From NCBI GenBank assembly GCA_002269645.1, contig NIVC01003997.1, positions 1 to 64,000 on the forward strand: a stretch of 64,000 nt of DNA. The letters are read 5' to 3'. Made by a program: the position numbers and the translations under genes. The notes under the pieces are model-generated. The model saw only the letters and a list, made by a program, of their open reading frames with translations. It had not been told where the DNA came from and made no database searches. Numbering within the stretch: the first letter of the stretch is position 1; the number at the start of each line of letters is the position of its first letter. The DNA comes from Macrostomum lignano. Taxonomy: Eukaryota. Positions 63,347-64,000 of this stretch are shown one piece after another.

Positions 63347-63724
63347 CTGAAGCATAAGCGGTGAAAAAGCATCTCGTTAGCAAATCCATTCTGCATAATA
63401 AATTTATGCAGTCATTTATTAGCAGAGAGGGCTGTCGGCCACCCTGGCGCAGCGCTGACGGCAGTTCTGCCAATTCTACATGCAAGCGCTCACTCAGGAT
63501 GTACAGCGCGCACTCTGACTTTCTAATCATCAAGCATGTACACTCCCTGTGCCTTGGGGTTGGCCCTCATGGCTTAATTGTGAATTGCATGACAAACCCA
63601 AAATTGACCCGGGTAAAAATTTGAATGTCGATCGACACTAGTGTCAATGGTGTCTTGTCGATACTGGCGTGGCCACCGTTGACACTACTTTTTTGACACT
63701 CAAATTCCAAGACATCATACGACA

Positions 63725-64000
63725 CTTCCGTTGACACTGCGGGAGTGCCCGTTGACACTGCCCGTTGACACTACCGTTGACACTGCCCGTTGACACTGCC
63801 GTTGACACTGCCCGTTGACACTGCCCGTTGACACTGCCCGTTGACACTGCCCGTTGACACTGCCCGTTGACACTACCGTTGACACTGCCGTTGACACTAC
63901 CGTCGACACTACCCGTTGACACTACCCGTTGACACTACCGTTGACACTGCCCGTTGACACTGCCCGTTGACACTGCCGTTGACACTGCCCGTTGACACTG
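63725..64000. repeat. 13-bp minisatellite (CGTTGACACTGCC), runs off the window end
   Basis: Directly visible. Confidence 0.95.

Overview
Eukaryotic (metazoan) genomic DNA with GC-rich exons and canonical GT-AG introns. The intron architecture resembles a free-living flatworm such as Macrostomum, which is my inference only. I could reconstruct eight protein-coding genes by hand: TMEM38/TRIC channel (+, 5' end outside the window), GON4L/Mute (+), KDEL receptor (+), LIM-homeobox Lhx2/9 (-), a highly divergent pentameric ligand-gated ion channel (-, 5' exons unresolved), a single-domain LAMP (LAMP5/UNC-46-like) (-), a somatomedin-B-type class B/adhesion-like GPCR (+), and the 3' part of beta-spectrin (-, with two apparent 1-nt deletions). 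About 40 tandem-repeat arrays are present. Every resolved intron of about 150 nt or more contains an array, usually with its own unit, while resolved introns of about 120 nt or less have none. Mobile elements are two copies of one tRNA-derived SINE, a possible second SINE family, and a 173-bp hAT-type MITE with an 8-bp target-site duplication. Most long ORFs in the supplied track are repeat read-throughs or antisense shadows. Repeat coordinates are approximate. All homology calls come from motif recognition, not database searches.
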